From Torpedo marmorata (taxonomy: Eukaryota): 64,000 bases of DNA. This document shows positions 61,921 through 64,000 of this stretch, piece after piece (position 1 is the stretch's first letter; every line of letters begins with the position of its first letter). The translations under genes and the position numbers were made by a program. Location: assembly GCA_977017645.1 (NCBI GenBank), contig OZ360238.1, positions 27,156,001 through 27,220,000 of the forward strand. Direction: 5' to 3'. A model generated the notes under the pieces. It ran no database searches. It saw nothing but the letters and a program-made list of their open reading frames with translations, and had not been told where the DNA came from.

Positions 61921-64000
61921 CGTGGCGTAGGTTGGAGACGTGGAAATACACCTCTCCCTACAGAATGAATTAAAACCTGTTTAAAAAAACTTTATTTAGT
62001 TATTAAAAAATGTTAAGATTGTTTATTAACGATTCAACAAGGACTAGAAGAAAAGGGAAGGAACAAAAGGCAAAGAAAGTAGTGCTTCAGGAAAGTTTAA
62101 TTCAAGAGAAAGATCGGCCTACCTTTTCAATGGAGCCTTGGGCTTAAGTTTCTCTCCCTCCCAGGAAGACGCGGACAAAGATGCTTAAGGTAACTGTAGT
62201 GCCAGTGCCGTCCTCCCGGGGAGCTGGGGAAGATGGCACTTGTGCTCGAAAGAAGACCAAAGAACTACAATCTGAAAGTGAGCGATCACGCATGTGCGAA
62301 ATGGTGCGCATGCGCGATAGAGAACGGGAGCTGTCAGCTAAGGCTGACGGCAAAAGAAGAGTCCCTCAATCATTTCAATATGATGTGGGACAGGAATTTT
62401 TATCATCAACAGATTCAGAAGACAAAAAGAGAGAGAAAGATGAAGAAATGGAGGAAGGAATAGAAGAAGTGGAGGGAGAGGATGAAGAACTAAGTGGAGA
62501 AGAGGCTCAATTACCCCAGTCTAAACAAGAAATATCAGAGACTTTAATTAAAGGTATGGACAATTTAACAAAACAAGTGTCAAAGATGAATCAACATATG
62601 GAATTTAGATTTAATGGAACTGAAGAAGAAATGAGAGACATGAAGCAAGATATGAGAAAACATACAAATACTGTGGATAAAGTAATTTCGAAAGTCCAGA
62701 AAATTGAAAATGATGTTAAAGCGTACTATGAAGAAATGGTGTATTATAAAGACAGAGTAGGAAAAGTGGAAGACTCATTTACAGGTTGGGAGCAACAAAA
62801 AAATGAACTTTTACAAAAAATAGATGTATTTTAAAATCAGAGTCGGAGAAATAATATTAAAATCATGGGATTGCCCGAGGACTTTGAAGGGGTGAACATA
62901 ACTGAATTTTTTCAACAGTGGATTCCACAAGTTTTGGGTATTGATCACTTTCTGTATGGACTGGAATTAGATAGAGCCCATAGAGATAGCAGAAAGAAAC
63001 CGTATCCTGGACAAAGGCCACGTTCAGTGTTAATCAGATGTTTTCGATACCAGGATAAAGAGAAGATATTGAAATTAGTTGTTCAAAATGCTAGGATGAA
63101 CCAGAGTCCATTGATAATTAATAAAAATAGGGTATTTATTTATGCTGATCTAAGCGCAGTTATAATTAAAAGACGAAAATAATTTAACCCAGTGAAAGCA
63201 ATTCTTTGGAGTAAAGGATATAAATTTTCATTTAGATATCCTGTGACATTGAAGGTTCAGTCTGCAGACAATCAGTCATTCTTTTTTACTGATTATCAAG
63301 AAGCTTTGGAGCATGCAAATTCACTTCCAAAATTAAAGAAAGATCAAGATTTGATGGGGAAACTTTAAGTTAAAGTTATTGTACCGACTCAGGAACTGCT
63401 TTCACCAAGAGTCTAGGACAAGAAGATGGGGTCGAAATAGATGAGGATCAAGCTAACAGAGATCTCGAAGAAGCTGGATGAAGAAATGATAACAAATGTT
63501 GGGTAAAATCTGTTGGGGGGGATGGACTTTTGTCTTCTCCGTACCTTGTCACACGTCACCTTAGTGGAGAGGGCCACTTCCCCAACAATGGAGGGTGGTA
63601 GTACTGGGGTAATTATACCAGTATTAAATATAGTGTGTTTTTTAGTTTTTGGTTTTCTTTTTATTTCTTTTTTTCTTTTTCTTTCTAAGGAGATGTCAAA
63701 TAGATTACAAATGTGGAAGGGGGAACCGGTAGGTCTGATGGAGAGAGAGTTATTAAATATTAGAAATGGCGGATAGTAAATTAATAAATGTAGTAAGTAT
63801 TAATATAAATGGGCTAAATAATCCGATTAAAAGGAAGAAAACTTTAGCATATATTAAAAAGTTAAAAGTTGATATAGCTTTTTTTTTTACAAGAGACGTG
63901 TTTGACAGATATAGAACATCAGAAGTTGAAAAGAGAATGGGTTGGTCAAGTGGTTGCGTCTTCATTTAATTCTAAAGCAAAAGGAGTTGCTATATTAATT
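61921..64000 (+). mobile_element. L1 family A 5' segment (5' UTR, decayed ORF1, spacer, ORF2 start at 63766), inverted relative to 58290-61920; runs off the window
   Basis: tggcgtaggttggagacgtggaaatacacctctcc matches the 5' end of the 19761-26019 copy. ORF1 pieces 62181-62834 and 62865-63182; MADSKLINVVSIN. Confidence 0.93.

Noticed and set aside
1-64000. Prokaryotic-type systems (CRISPR arrays, retrons, DGRs, operons) suggested by the many RT ORFs
   Set aside because: Every RT sits in a LINE or LTR context with TSDs, tails or LTRs. There is no regularly spaced repeat-spacer array, and the sequence is vertebrate-like.

Overview
Eukaryotic, repeat-dense, intergenic or intronic DNA. The repeat set (HE1/V-type SINEs, Deu-domain SINE relics, CR1, Rex1/Babar, RTE, Penelope-like terminal repeats, AT-rich L1) points to a cartilaginous fish, probably a ray or skate (inference). 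I found no supportable host exon, rRNA or CRISPR array. Main elements: (1) a 5'-truncated L1 with an intact 1261-aa ORF2 and a TSD (808-4959); (2) a two-LTR Gypsy element with Gmr1-like IN-before-RT order and no recognisable protease (7603-14520); (3) a full-length decayed L1 (19761-26019); (4) a TSD-bounded, apparently full-length Rex1/Babar LINE (52099-55376); (5) a truncated Gypsy whose LTR carries a full ZNF143/Staf motif (45460-46740); (6) hAT MITEs, one of them a compound double-hairpin element; (7) an L1 with a near-full-length 5' inversion, containing a second inverted L1 (58290-64000). The best candidate for an undescribed system is a shared-tail network. A near-intact tRNA-Thr(UGU) is fused to the 3' tail of a non-coding repeat family, and that tail shares the AATTTCATG...TGACAATAA terminus with the Rex1 LINEs. 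All calls come from reading the sequence by eye; no database searches were run.
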